Shown here piece by piece: positions 38,716 through 49,800 of a DNA stretch of 64,000 bases. Under the pieces are notes generated by a model. That model worked only from the letters and a program-made list of their open reading frames with translations, did not search any database and was not told where the DNA came from. Made by a program: the position numbers and the translations under genes. Position 1 is the first letter of the stretch, and each line of letters begins with the position of its first letter. This DNA comes from Cystobasidiomycetes sp. EMM_F5. Its lineage: Eukaryota. Location of the stretch: NCBI GenBank assembly GCA_051047955.1, contig JBPGPT010000013.1:310001-374000 (forward strand), read 5' to 3'.

Positions 38716-40046
38716 ATGTCGTTCCTCAGGCTGTCCCCTCCCAAGATTGCGCTGTGCGTTGATGGCAAGCACGTCCGTCATGGTGAAAGCTGACATGGAC
38801 TAAACCTCATTGCAATGGGCTACAAGTATCACTGGAGCTTCTTCAGGTGAGTTATCGACTAATCACCCTTGGTCTTCTTTCGGCTTCGCGGCTGATGTAT
38901 TCCATCATTTCGTTTGCAATCCTTCTTCCGATGTGTTCTGTGACTTTCAATGGCTGATACACTGGCTGTCCAATACGACTCACATAACAAAAAGGCATTG
39001 GTCGGGAAACGGCCATTACGTTTGCACGAGCTGGAACGTCCGTCATCATAACAGCCCGACGTATCGATGCACTAGCAAAGACGAAGGAACTCTGCTTGGC
39101 TGCCAACAAGAATGTGACTGTACACACTATCGCCATGGACATTTCCAAGACGGACGAAGTGAAGGATGTCCTCTCCAAGATTCCGAAAGAGCTGGCAGAA
39201 GTGGATTGTTTGGTCAATAACGCTGGATTGGTCAAAGGCCGTGAAAGGGTCGGAGATATTGCTCAAGAAGATCTGGACGTCATGATTAACACGAATGTAC
39301 AAGGCTTGATTGGAATGACGCAGGTCCGTCTTACTCTGCGCACTCTGTGACAGCACAGAAAGAGACGACTAATGCCGAGTGAATTAAAAACAGGTCTTTG
39401 TGAAGGAATTTAAGAAGAGACAACGTGGACACATCATCATGCTAGGGAGTGTAGCAGGAAGAGAAGCCTATCCAGAGGGATCAGCGTACAATGCCTGCAA
39501 ATTCGCCGTGCGTGGCTTTACAAGTTCCTTGCTGAAAGAGCTCGTCAACACGCCCATACGCGTTAGTGAAGTACAGCCAGGGTGAGTCATTACCTATCAT
39601 TGTAGAATATAGAGAAAGGCTGAGAGTCTGTATGGTATGACTTAGAATGGTTGAGACGGAGTTTTCAGTCGTCCGCTTCCGAGGCGACAAGGCAGCTGCG
39701 GATAACGTCTACAAGGGATTGCAGCCTCTGACGGCGCTGGACATTGTGGGTCGCTACGCTTAGGTCTGCAACGGTCTGCGCTGATAATGACTGAATGTAT
39801 TTCCAGGCCGAAGAGATTGTATGGATAGCTTCCCGGCCTGCGCACATCAACATTGCCGAGGTGAGCGGTGTGACAGATTCGAGGAAATGAGGGTGACTGA
39901 TGCATTTGCTACCCCTGTCTGCAGCTTTTTGTCATGCCAGTGAACCAGGGTCAGTCTGCGCTGTAGTAGTTGATGTAAATAATGCCCTCTGACGATGACG
40001 CTCCAACGCAGCTTCGCCCACGCTCAACTACCGTCAGCCATCGTAG
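38716..40046 (+). CDS. NADP-dependent short-chain 3-hydroxyacid dehydrogenase (YdfG/YMR226C-like)
   Basis: Spliced ALITGASSGIG, LVNNAGL, GSVAG, catalytic YNACK and [13 protein letters not shown]. Confidence 0.9.
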
Positions 40047-40265
40047 ACGAGGACACTGTATGGGTACCATCACTCGCTCTCCACTCCGCGTTCACCTCGA
40101 TCGCGCGCTGTCAGGCACCGCTCTTCTAATCATCCCCGCGTAAAGTGGCCGTACGTGTAGAGAGGGAGGAGGATGATGAAGAAGTGATGAGATGAGTTTG
40201 AATTAGATACAGCGCACAACGAGTAGAAAATTAGAGATAGTGTGAATAGCTATTGGAGTGGTCCA

Positions 40266-40685
40266 TTACAAGTTGCATTTGTATGGCATACTAATGCTTC
40301 CCGTAAGAGAACGAGCTCGATCGCGCATGAATCTGAGCATTTCCTTCTTGACAGCCAGCCAGAATGACGGGTCTGCCTCGTCAAGCACAGTAGTGCGGGA
40401 GGTGTGCAAGTGGGCTACACTGTCCTCGTACACTGCTGCGACGAATACTCTGTCACTATTGCGACCGTCTGCAACCTGAACCTGGACAATAGCGACAAAG
40501 GGCGGAGAAGGGCAATCAGCGCAAACAGCGGCACATTCGCGGTCTGGACGCAGTGCAGTCTGCAGTCAATACACTCCTGGATAGCCTCCGCCGTCAGAGT
40601 TGGGAGCCTTGCCAATCCTCTGCGGCTGGTTCCCGCAGGGCTTCGGACGAGTAAAGAGACGAGGGAGTTGAAGGGAAGCTACCAT
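40266..40685 (-). CDS. Putative small (108 aa) two-exon protein of unknown function
   Basis: Exons 40575-40685 and 40266-40481 join in frame across a 93-nt GT-AG intron with a GCTGAT branch site and pyrimidine tract. Confidence 0.4.
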
Positions 40686-41818
40686 AGCGGGAGAGGGTGA
40701 GGAGTAATTGCTTGGATACAACGACTACTCTACGCCCAGCACCGCATCTCGTTCCAAGCATTAATACTGCTCTCCTCGACGCCCAGTCTCCTCAATCGGA
40801 GTTTTGAGCCCAACCTCAATCGCCCAGTCTGTCGCATTGAGGCGCTAAGGGCAACAATAGGGACGCATAGCGGCTGTTCAAGGATATACGAGGCAGAGCA
40901 GTACTGTCGGTGTACGCTTGCTGCTCGACTATTCGTCATACAAACCTCCCTCGACGCGCTCAATTTTGCATAATCCTGCCCCACCGGGAGAGATCAAGTT
41001 GGGTGCCTTAACCCTGGAGACGGATTAGAAGGCAGCAAGTACGAGGCTTACACACCACACCAGCTACGTCTCTGGGAGACTGCAACGATACTCGACGCCG
41101 ACGTCTGATCAGTGAGGGCTGGGTCCCTTGGGCTATCGATATCGCTTGTCGACTTTTATCAGCAAGGAAAGAAAGCTGCAGTGAATTGGCACATCTACAT
41201 TACGATACATGAGAGGGTAAGCAGGGCTGGCATACTAAACAAACACACACACCACACACTCGCCTCCTCCATCACACTCCCGCCTTCTGTCAATATCTAT
41301 TTCATATCGCCTCTCGACCCAGCCATCCAGTAGTCGCCAACCGACAAAGCTTCACCTGGCTTGCTCTGTTTGATAACTGCAGACACACAACGACACACGC
41401 ATCATCTGCGACACTCTCTGCTCATCGCACGCTACCCACTACCTGTATCCACTCTCGTCGGCGATAGTGCGAGCGAGCGAGTGATCGATTAGATAGTGAT
41501 TGCTGGAGGGAGAGCGGTCGACAGCATTGGAGTGGCATCCTGTCGCTGCATTCACAAAAGCACAAGCTTTCCATCAACGAGCCTCTACGAAGCCTGTGGG
41601 GTTGCGTCCAACGCGGCTAGAGTGCACGCGCATCGTTATCATCCTCCTACAGCGTATGCGCAGAGATTTCCTCTACATTTCCCCCTCTCTACCTCTATAC
41701 TGTTTACTTGTATTGAGTGTGCTGACTGTCTCTCTCCCTCTCTTCCTCTCTCTCTCTTCCCCCTGTCTCGGTCACTCATCACCCCGCGTCGTTGGAATCC
41801 GGGGAACCGTATCCGCTC

Positions 41819-41877
41819 CAACGGTTTCCAACGGTCTGCCTTGCCACCCTTCTCATCCCGCTCCAACGGTCAACGGT
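41819..41877. promoter_or_regulatory. Four CAACGGT motifs upstream of the CBM21 gene
   Basis: Copies at 41819, 41829, 41864 and 41871, arranged as two similar pairs. Confidence 0.35.
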
Positions 41878-42131
41878 CTGTCTCTCCCTCTATCCGCCAC
41901 TCGCCCGATGCAAAACTGTACATTTTATGCGACTGTCTCTCCTGCGCTCCTCCTCGAATACGACACTATCTCCTGACAATACCCTGCATTTGGACTATAC
42001 TGGCACTCTTTCAATCATCGTCTAATCTTCATCCCCCGCCTCACTCCCGCTTTTGTACGACACTCTCACGTCAACGTCCGACAAGCAGATAGCATCAACG
42101 ACGACCATTGTGAACCTCGGGCTCACTCACC

Positions 42132-45100
42132 ATGCCGTACGTCTCGCCAGCCCTGTCGCCCGCAAAGGCATTCGCATCCGTCTACCCCTCCCCGCCAGGA
42201 TCAGCTGGACCATCGTCCCCGACCGCGTCCGTCTCTGGTGGAGCTCACTCGAACGGCGGCTACTCTAGTCCGACCCATCCCCGGTCTCGCTCGGGCTCTG
42301 CCAGCCTCAACTCTTCGGCAGCGTCCAGTCCGATGCACTCGAGATCCGGCAGCTCAAACAGTATAGAAGCGACGTATGCCGCTCACTGTGCACCTCACAT
42401 GCAGAATGCAGTGCAGACGTCGAGTACAGTCGACTTTTCACCCGCTTACACGAATGGCTTTCCCGCGTCGACCTCTCAACAGGCCAAACGACCCACTCAC
42501 CGCCATCACAACAGATCACACTCTAGCGATACCCTCGTGTCTATGGGTTCAATCTCCACAAAGCAGACGCCAGGGTACATTTTTGTCCAGCCCGCGTCCC
42601 CTCAACGCGGCGTAGATTCGCATTCGAGGTACTCCAGCACAGAGACTGTTACCGCAGATTCGACACCCTCTACGACCCCTTCCTCTTCGACATCATCGTC
42701 AGTCTCCTCCCTCGCAGCGGCGTCCTCCTCTGGATACAGGACTAGCTTTCGACCACCCAGTCGCAACAATTCGTCGTCTAGGTTAGCGTATCCTACTTCA
42801 CCGCCCAATAATGCAGGTGACGATGGCGACGTCGCTCCTCCCCGCACATCGAGGTCTAGACGCGCTCGCCTGGCAGTCTCTGAAGGCGGCACTTCTCTTG
42901 GATCCACGTCCGGTTCTGGGACGGTCTCTGCCGACCATTCCCCTCGTGCGAGTCTGAGTATGAACATTTCGCGAGGAGTAACGAGTGGCGGCGAACCTGC
43001 TCAGTCACCCTTTACCCTACCTCTCCCAGATCTCGACGCAATGTCTCCACCGGCATTTGCGAATCGAAGCTCATCCAGCCCAAACCTCTCTACCCTCGGC
43101 TTGGACTATACGACTGCCAAAGAACGACCCTACTCTCGACTCAATCCTAGTCCTTCTGCTTCACCTCGTCACTCTCCAAGCTTGGCTATCCCCATGTCGG
43201 CCAGCGATTACTACCACTACCAGCCATCGAGGCAATTTCACGAACAGCAATTGCGGTCGGGCGCTTGGGATTCAGTAGCAGAGGAGAGTGAAGATGGGGA
43301 ACAGACGCCTCGTGCCGAAGCGAGGTATGGCAGCAGCGGCATACTCGGTGATAACGCCGATGAAGGATCCCCAACACAATACGTCCGAGCGACAGACCTC
43401 CCGCCCAACGATTCTGCACTGGCAACATCGTCTGAAAGCCCTTCGTCTGCATCGAGTGATGCTGGGTCGGACGACGATCGTATCTCTAAACACCTCGAAA
43501 CGAGATTGGGAAGACCTTCTCCGTCGCTTGCTTCTGCGAGGTTTCGGGCGACCAACTGGGGACAGGGTGGTGCGCCTGCCATGGACTCACCAGTCAGTTT
43601 CTCGTTTGCAAGAAGCGGAAGCTCGAGCAGTAGTAGCAGTACGGGTGGAAATACTCCTCCAAATGACGAGGCTGCGTATCCGGATTCAGCGAACGGAGAG
43701 ACTGGAAGTGAGACGGAGAGGGAGAGGGAGAATGCGACTCCAATGTCTACCTCTACGATACCGACTTCGGGACCTTTTGCGCCAGGGTCGAATCCAAACA
43801 CTGCGCGGATACGGAGACCTCAGCACACAAAGGCCTTTTCGGAGCGAGCAACAGGATCGCCAAAAAATAATGCAACGAGCACAAACAAGCCAAATTATTT
43901 TAGATTGGAACTAGAAGGTGCGGGGCCTTCCCGAACACCGTTTCCATCGTACAATTCCACGCCAATGGGACATGGTCCTTCAGCGAGCGAAGGAGGCGAG
44001 AGTCGGCGTGGTAGCAAACAACGTCCACCTGGCTTGCCTACACCCATGTTGAGGAAAAAGTCTGGAGAGTTGGTAAAGTCTAGCTTGAAGCACGATTCGA
44101 GAGCAAAGTCTGCACCGACGACACCGACTGGTCCTAAAGCGGTACATTTCGATGAGCAGCTGGAGCGCGTCAAGCACTTTTTGGCACAGCAGCGACCTCT
44201 GGCAGTCAGTAGAGATGGATCGCCTCAAGAGACTGAAACCGAAGATGATTCCGAAGCTGCTTTCCCCTTCCCGCCAATGACGACTTCTATACCTGCACAG
44301 ATTCAGCTCGTCTTGCCTGATTTCCCAAACAACACCCTTCCAGAGATTGGTCATCGCGATCTGTGCCTCGAGACGCTCGAGATTGCAGCAGATTCAAAGA
44401 GTCTGAAGGGCACTGCACTCCTTCGCAACATTTGCTTTGAAAAGCGACTCAGTATTCGCTTTACGTTTGATGACTGGCAGACAGTCTCGGAAGTGACGGG
44501 TGAATGGACATCGACCCTCGTTGGCGGCTCGCTGGATCGGTGGGCATTCACAATCAAGCTCCAAGACATGCTTGCGCGCATCGAGGAAAAGAAGATGTAC
44601 ATTGCTCTCCGATATAGCGTAGGAGGACGCGATATCTGGGACAGCAACAATGGCAACAACTACCGTGCAGAGTTTAGAAAACAACCAGCTCGCTCGCAAG
44701 CTGTAGTGGGTGGTTCGAGAGCTGCACGACACGAATGGTCCGTCACCAATTCTGGACAAGCGTCGGAGCGTATGAATGATCTCCGACGCGAACTCGATCG
44801 CCTGGTAGCAGAGCAAGACGACTTTGCGTCTGGAGACGAGGTTATCGTATCGAGAGGCATCAAGCGTTATATCGGACAGGAAGCGCTCGTCACTGCTCAA
44901 CCTCCTTCGCACCCGACCTTTGCGTCGAGGTATGACTTTGGTGCGTCGTTGAAGGAAGCTGGTGCTCGAAACAGCCCGCAGACCAACTTTGCAATTCTCG
45001 ACAACCCTTACTTTGCTGCCTCTGGCACGTCCGCAACTGCGACTGGCGGCGCTATCGATCCGCACGCGGCATGGAAGCCCAATCCTTCGCCTACGAATTC

Positions 45101-46172
45101 CTTACCGACATCTGGCAACAGCAGTCCTCCAAAGGGTCAATACTCGGCATTGTACGCCGGTGTCTCATCACCTCCTCTGCCCATTCCTGGTGTCGACGCT
45201 TCCTTCTCCACCACGCCGCCGGCTAGCTTTTCCGGACAGCCTTACTATGCGAGGATGGAGCACAATGGAGTCATTGCAACCGACTTTGGCCTTCCGAACA
45301 GCATGACTACAGTCCCTGCTAGCTTTATGAATGCGATGGGCGAAATGACGCCCACCGCGACCAGTGTCGGAGGAGTCGTTGGCTCGGTCGAAGACTCTCC
45401 CTACTTGCCTGCAAGCGACCTGCCTCCCGTCTCAGCACAATTCCTGGGAGGCGAGGCATTGTCGAGACAGGATCATGGCGTAAGTGTCCCTACCTGGGCT
45501 TCAGCGAGCGGTGCGATCGGCACTTCGCGGATTCTAGCACACGAAGCGACATCCCTACTTGAGCCATCCCTGGACGACAAAGACCCCCTTGATCCTTCGC
45601 TCTACTCTCCTGCCGTTTCTGCAGCTTCAGGTCCCAGTCCAGCAGATTCCCCAATCCGTCGCGCATCTCCCCCACCTAGACCAGGATCGCCAGAAGATCT
45701 ACTATCCCCATCTCCTTCTTCCGCATCCACCGACACAAGTATCTCGACTCCACAGTCCCCAAATGGGTCGCCTCCGTTACGACTGTTTCCCATGATTGAT
45801 GGCGGAGGCAGACCAGACATGGGCTCGGATACTTACTTCAATTTCGTTCATCGATGTGAGTTGACCCACCTTCAAAAGCAAATATTCCCATATTCTGACT
45901 ACTCTTCTTTAGACTGTTGGGGTAACGGTGAAGTTACCTCGCCTTCGCAAGTATCATCCTCTAGCACTAGCACTGCGTTGGGCTTGGCTGGCATGCACAG
46001 CTATGAAGCTACGACGCCAAGAGGCTCCACACCCTCGCACTCGTGCTCTGCTTCGCTCCTGTCCAGTCCTCCTGGATCAGCAGCCGGCTCGCGCACACCG
46101 TCACCTGTTCATGGCTCGCCTGCGCTTGACAGCAATGGCTTCATGTATGGTCCACGACCTGTTCAGATCTGA
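42132..46172 (+). CDS. Glycogen-targeting PP1 regulatory subunit with CBM21 domain (Gac1/Gip2-like)
   Basis: RKKSGELVKSSLK, PP1-docking KAVHF, and CBM21 motifs GTALLRNICFEKRLSIRFTFDDW and WDSNNGNNY. Likely in-frame intron at 45856-45912. Confidence 0.88.
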   Translation: MPYVSPALSPAKAFASVYPSPPGSAGPSSPTASVSGGAHSNGGYSSPTHPRSRSGSASLNSSAASSPMHSRSGSSNSIEATYAAHCAPHMQNAVQTSSTVDFSPAYTNGFPASTSQQAKRPTHRHHNRSHSSDTLVSMGSISTKQTPGYIFVQPASPQRGVDSHSRYSSTETVTADSTPSTTPSSSTSSSVSSLAAASSSGYRTSFRPPSRNNSSSRLAYPTSPPNNAGDDGDVAPPRTSRSRRARLAVSEGGTSLGSTSGSGTVSADHSPRASLSMNISRGVTSGGEPAQSPFTLPLPDLDAMSPPAFANRSSSSPNLSTLGLDYTTAKERPYSRLNPSPSASPRHSPSLAIPMSASDYYHYQPSRQFHEQQLRSGAWDSVAEESEDGEQTPRAEARYGSSGILGDNADEGSPTQYVRATDLPPNDSALATSSESPSSASSDAGSDDDRISKHLETRLGRPSPSLASARFRATNWGQGGAPAMDSPVSFSFARSGSSSSSSSTGGNTPPNDEAAYPDSANGETGSETERERENATPMSTSTIPTSGPFAPGSNPNTARIRRPQHTKAFSERATGSPKNNATSTNKPNYFRLELEGAGPSRTPFPSYNSTPMGHGPSASEGGESRRGSKQRPPGLPTPMLRKKSGELVKSSLKHDSRAKSAPTTPTGPKAVHFDEQLERVKHFLAQQRPLAVSRDGSPQETETEDDSEAAFPFPPMTTSIPAQIQLVLPDFPNNTLPEIGHRDLCLETLEIAADSKSLKGTALLRNICFEKRLSIRFTFDDWQTVSEVTGEWTSTLVGGSLDRWAFTIKLQDMLARIEEKKMYIALRYSVGGRDIWDSNNGNNYRAEFRKQPARSQAVVGGSRAARHEWSVTNSGQASERMNDLRRELDRLVAEQDDFASGDEVIVSRGIKRYIGQEALVTAQPPSHPTFASRYDFGASLKEAGARNSPQTNFAILDNPYFAASGTSATATGGAIDPHAAWKPNPSPTNSLPTSGNSSPPKGQYSALYAGVSSPPLPIPGVDASFSTTPPASFSGQPYYARMEHNGVIATDFGLPNSMTTVPASFMNAMGEMTPTATSVGGVVGSVEDSPYLPASDLPPVSAQFLGGEALSRQDHGVSVPTWASASGAIGTSRILAHEATSLLEPSLDDKDPLDPSLYSPAVSAASGPSPADSPIRRASPPPRPGSPEDLLSPSPSSASTDTSISTPQSPNGSPPLRLFPMIDGGGRPDMGSDTYFNFVHRCELTHLQKQIFPYSDYSSLDCWGNGEVTSPSQVSSSSTSTALGLAGMHSYEATTPRGSTPSHSCSASLLSSPPGSAAGSRTPSPVHGSPALDSNGFMYGPRPVQI

Positions 46173-46895
46173 TGCTCACTGCTGCCGCATGTCTATAGCG
46201 GTATGTTGGCGAGAGTCCGGCTTCGTCCTGTACTAGACTGACGCTTGCTTTCTATCGATAGACTCTGTTGCTTGAAGGCATGTCCAAATATCAAACCACC
46301 ATTTACGACGACACGACCTGCTTGTACCGAAAACGGCATTCATCGTATATAGCCTGGATCAGCACATACACGTCGCATTCCGTTATATAACCCAAACCAA
46401 ATCGTTCGCATCGCAAAATACAGCCAAAAAAGCTCAACCTTGATTATACAAGGTAATCTGAGCGGTCTCGATTGTGCAAGATATGTCTTGGGTTCTCCGT
46501 TCCGCAGCCTACCCTTCTTTCTGCTGCGGTGTACAACGTAATCACTCTTCGAATCGATGATTTGCTTGACTCTGCATGATTGTCTGGCGAGCAACTCGAG
46601 CGCTGCATGCCAGCAAGCATGAGATATCAACTTGATCACCTAGACGGGTCACAATCTCGTCAGTACAGTCTTTCCTGTCACCGATGGGGCTACAAGTTCC
46701 GTTAGCTTCTCTTGTTGTTGATTTGTAGAGATTCTTGTTGTTCCTCTCTCTGCAATTTCGTCAATATGTATGTCTGTCACGAATCACGTTGTCGTCATTT
46801 TTATTCCAGAATGCAAGCTTTACTTCACACTAATGGCCCCGCCTGGTATTCGCGTCACAAAGCCAGCGCCTGACGGGAACTACCATGTCAGACCT

Positions 46896-49800
46896 CTACA
46901 CGCTTGTCGCTGCATCTACGAGCATTTCTCCTGATATATCTTCCGAGACGCCATCTGCACTCTCTTCCCGGCTCACGTCTGGCGATTGCCTGCCCCCCAA
47001 GACCCACGCACAGTACTGTTCCACAATGTCTGGCCAAGCTCCGACCGTATGGCCGGTCAGCGCACCATCGTCAAGAGACACTTGCTGACAAAAGTCGAGT
47101 ATTCGATCCCAAACGTCCCTCGTTAGCTCAGCGGAACCACTGAAGCCAGCCTGAAGATCGTGCATGACTTCAGCCGAGACTTTCAAGAATGTCTGAAGAC
47201 AACTTACACCAATGTAGTTGACAAAATCATGTCCGATCTCGAAATGTGGGGCCAAGATCACTCTCCACAAGTTCTCTGCAAGATTTGTAGCGATGCAATT
47301 GGTCGCCGGGTCCCGCAGTGCGTTAAAGCAGAAGCTCCAAAAGCTGCGGTATTCGTTTGATACGCGGACGGATTTGATTGCGATGCGATCAGAATCGTCG
47401 TCAGCACCGGATGCGAAACGCGTGTGCGCCGACACAGCAAAGGTCGTTGACGCCAAGTTCTCAAGCCATTCGCGTAATTTGGCAGAAGTGTCGATTCTGT
47501 GGCAAACAACGCAATTTCAGTGTCGTTCTGCATTTCGTCCAGTCCCGCTCTCACTCATTGTCCGCCAGCAGCATTATAAAATCGTTCTTGTCAAGTCGTC
47601 CTTGATCTGAAGCATCAAGACGCCAAGCCAGGAGCAAAGGATGTGGCTTGATCTATCTGTCAGCAACATCGGACCAAGCCTTTAAGTCTCGTACGTACGC
47701 CTTGGATGTCTAATTTCAGATCGTCACCGAATAGCTTGCTCACGCCTTCTTCTCCGATTATACGACGATCTGCAGGGTCTACATAGATAGCTGTCAGCGC
47801 TGTCCGCCTTGTATTCTGCCTTTTTGGAGTCACTGACCTCCCAACGCGTTCGCCCATCGTTCCAGACGGGCTTCATCAAAGGGGTCTTCCGTCATCACTT
47901 CGCCATCGTCGTCGGTACCAGAAGCATTACTATCATCCTCAGATGATTCGGCTTCACCGTTGACTTTATCGGACCTATCCTCATGTGAATCGGCTCCTGC
48001 GTCACTCGATGCTGCAACTGCAAGTTCTTCTGCGTTCAATCGTTCCTCGCGGTCTCCCTGCTCCTGTATGATTTCCTCCAGTTCTATCGATTCTTCGTGT
48101 ACACCACGTTCCTCTGGTCCCTCAGAGGACGAAGCCCTTGTATCGTTGGTTGCAGCTTCGGCCTCCGCATCTTCTTTATCATCGTAAGCCCCCGACTCGG
48201 ACATGCTAGAAATGTCGAGATCCGTGACTACTGGTCGGGGCGGAGTGGGTACATCCCGACTATCTTCCTGGACTCCATCCACGCCGACCTCCTCGTCTGT
48301 GACTGCAGTCATGACAATGGTGTGTGAACCAAGCTGTACAGTTTCCGACGGCTTGTCTGCTCCTGACGGTATGTCGTCTGTATGATGAGGCTCTGATTCT
48401 TCAGCTAAAGCAGCTGGCTCTGATTCTTCGACGACTTCAGTTTCAATCTCAGTTGAGACCATCACAGAAGTCGTCTGCGTGGTTTCCATGACGGCCTCGC
48501 CTTCAGTAACAAGCTTCGCTGCTTCAATTACTATGTTGGACGATGCATCTTCGATGGTCTGCATGTCTTCTTCAGCGAGGTCGCCAACTTCCAGAGCAGC
48601 TGCTACGGCCGAATCAATGGCCTCCCGCACTTCGTCTGAAAGATCTTGCCCGATGCCGGATGTGACATCGATCTCATCAGGTGCCACGCGCTGTATGGAA
48701 GCTGTAGGAGTATGATTGTCTTGTGGCAGCTCATCTATTACCGTCTCAGGCGGCGGGAGTTTAGTCTTCTCAATATACACAGCTGCATTGTTGTCTTTCG
48801 GCTGCTCCACAGGGACACTTGAGTCCACGGTTGTATCGACAGTTTCACGCACTGGCGGTACGGGGGAGTCAGACTGTTTGCCGCGCGCTGGCTGGCGTGG
48901 TCCAGTGTCTGCTCGCCGGCCCCATGTGCGTCGTGCCATTATCGAGTCCGATTCTGCGACAGTACCGTTGCTAGGAGTAGTGTTGATTTCGACCGGCCGT
49001 TCGCGACCAAGAGACGGTGAAAGACCGCCTATTTCAGAGAGTGGGCGCTGTTTTATTGTGTCGTCTGGTTCTTCGCCGACGAGGACATCGGACCCCTGCG
49101 AATCTTGCGAGGCAGAAGCACCCAACCGCTTCTGTTTGATCATCTTCTGCACCCGGACAGACTCCTCCTTCGCTGACTGTGCAGCCTCTTCCTTTCTTTT
49201 CTGAACTTGATCTGCGCTTGCGCGAGGTTTTGGCTGCCCGATGGTAGATGATTTGGCTACAACGACTTCGTCCTCATCGGATGTTTGGGGAAAGTCGTCT
49301 GCAAGACTTCGACGAGGATTGACAAAAGGTTTGAACGCAGATTGGCGTCTTTTCCCAGTTGTCCGACTTGGGACTAAGCCCTTGTCGGGAGATTTCGACT
49401 TACTTTCCGAGCGGCGGTCAGCGCTATTGCCCGGCGATAGCGACCGCCGTGTAATACGCGAACTCTGACAGGTCAAGGACGTCAGTGTGGGGCATCCCAA
49501 ATCGGCATTGCTCTCACTTCACGGTGCGGACGACTTCGAGCAGATGCGTGAGATGCAAGATTTGAGGGGTCGTCGCTGGAACGCTCCTCTGGAGGTATCC
49601 GTGTAGCTGCATAATCACGAGAGACGCGTGGCCGTCGACTGAATTCCTCTCTGGAGCGCGGCGATCGTCTCTCTTCCTGTTGTCCTTCCGACCCACGATC
49701 GCGCGAGGTAGGCTTTCCGTTCGAAATGCGAACTTTACGCGGCACTTCACCTGGTGCAGATAGGTAATCGTCGTCTTCGGTCCCATCTACAGACGGCACA

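Noticed and set aside
38847..38994. Long (148 nt) SDR intron as a possible snoRNA host
   Set aside because: No clean box C (RUGAUGA)/box D pair with terminal stem, and no recognisable rRNA guide.
40172..40260. ATGATGA/GTGATGA box C-like motifs
   Set aside because: They are part of a purine-rich low-complexity tract between convergent 3' ends, with no nearby CTGA or stem.
41496..42092. 198-aa and 158-aa ORFs upstream of the CBM21 gene
   Set aside because: Non-ATG starts and CT-rich composition point to leader or promoter sequence.
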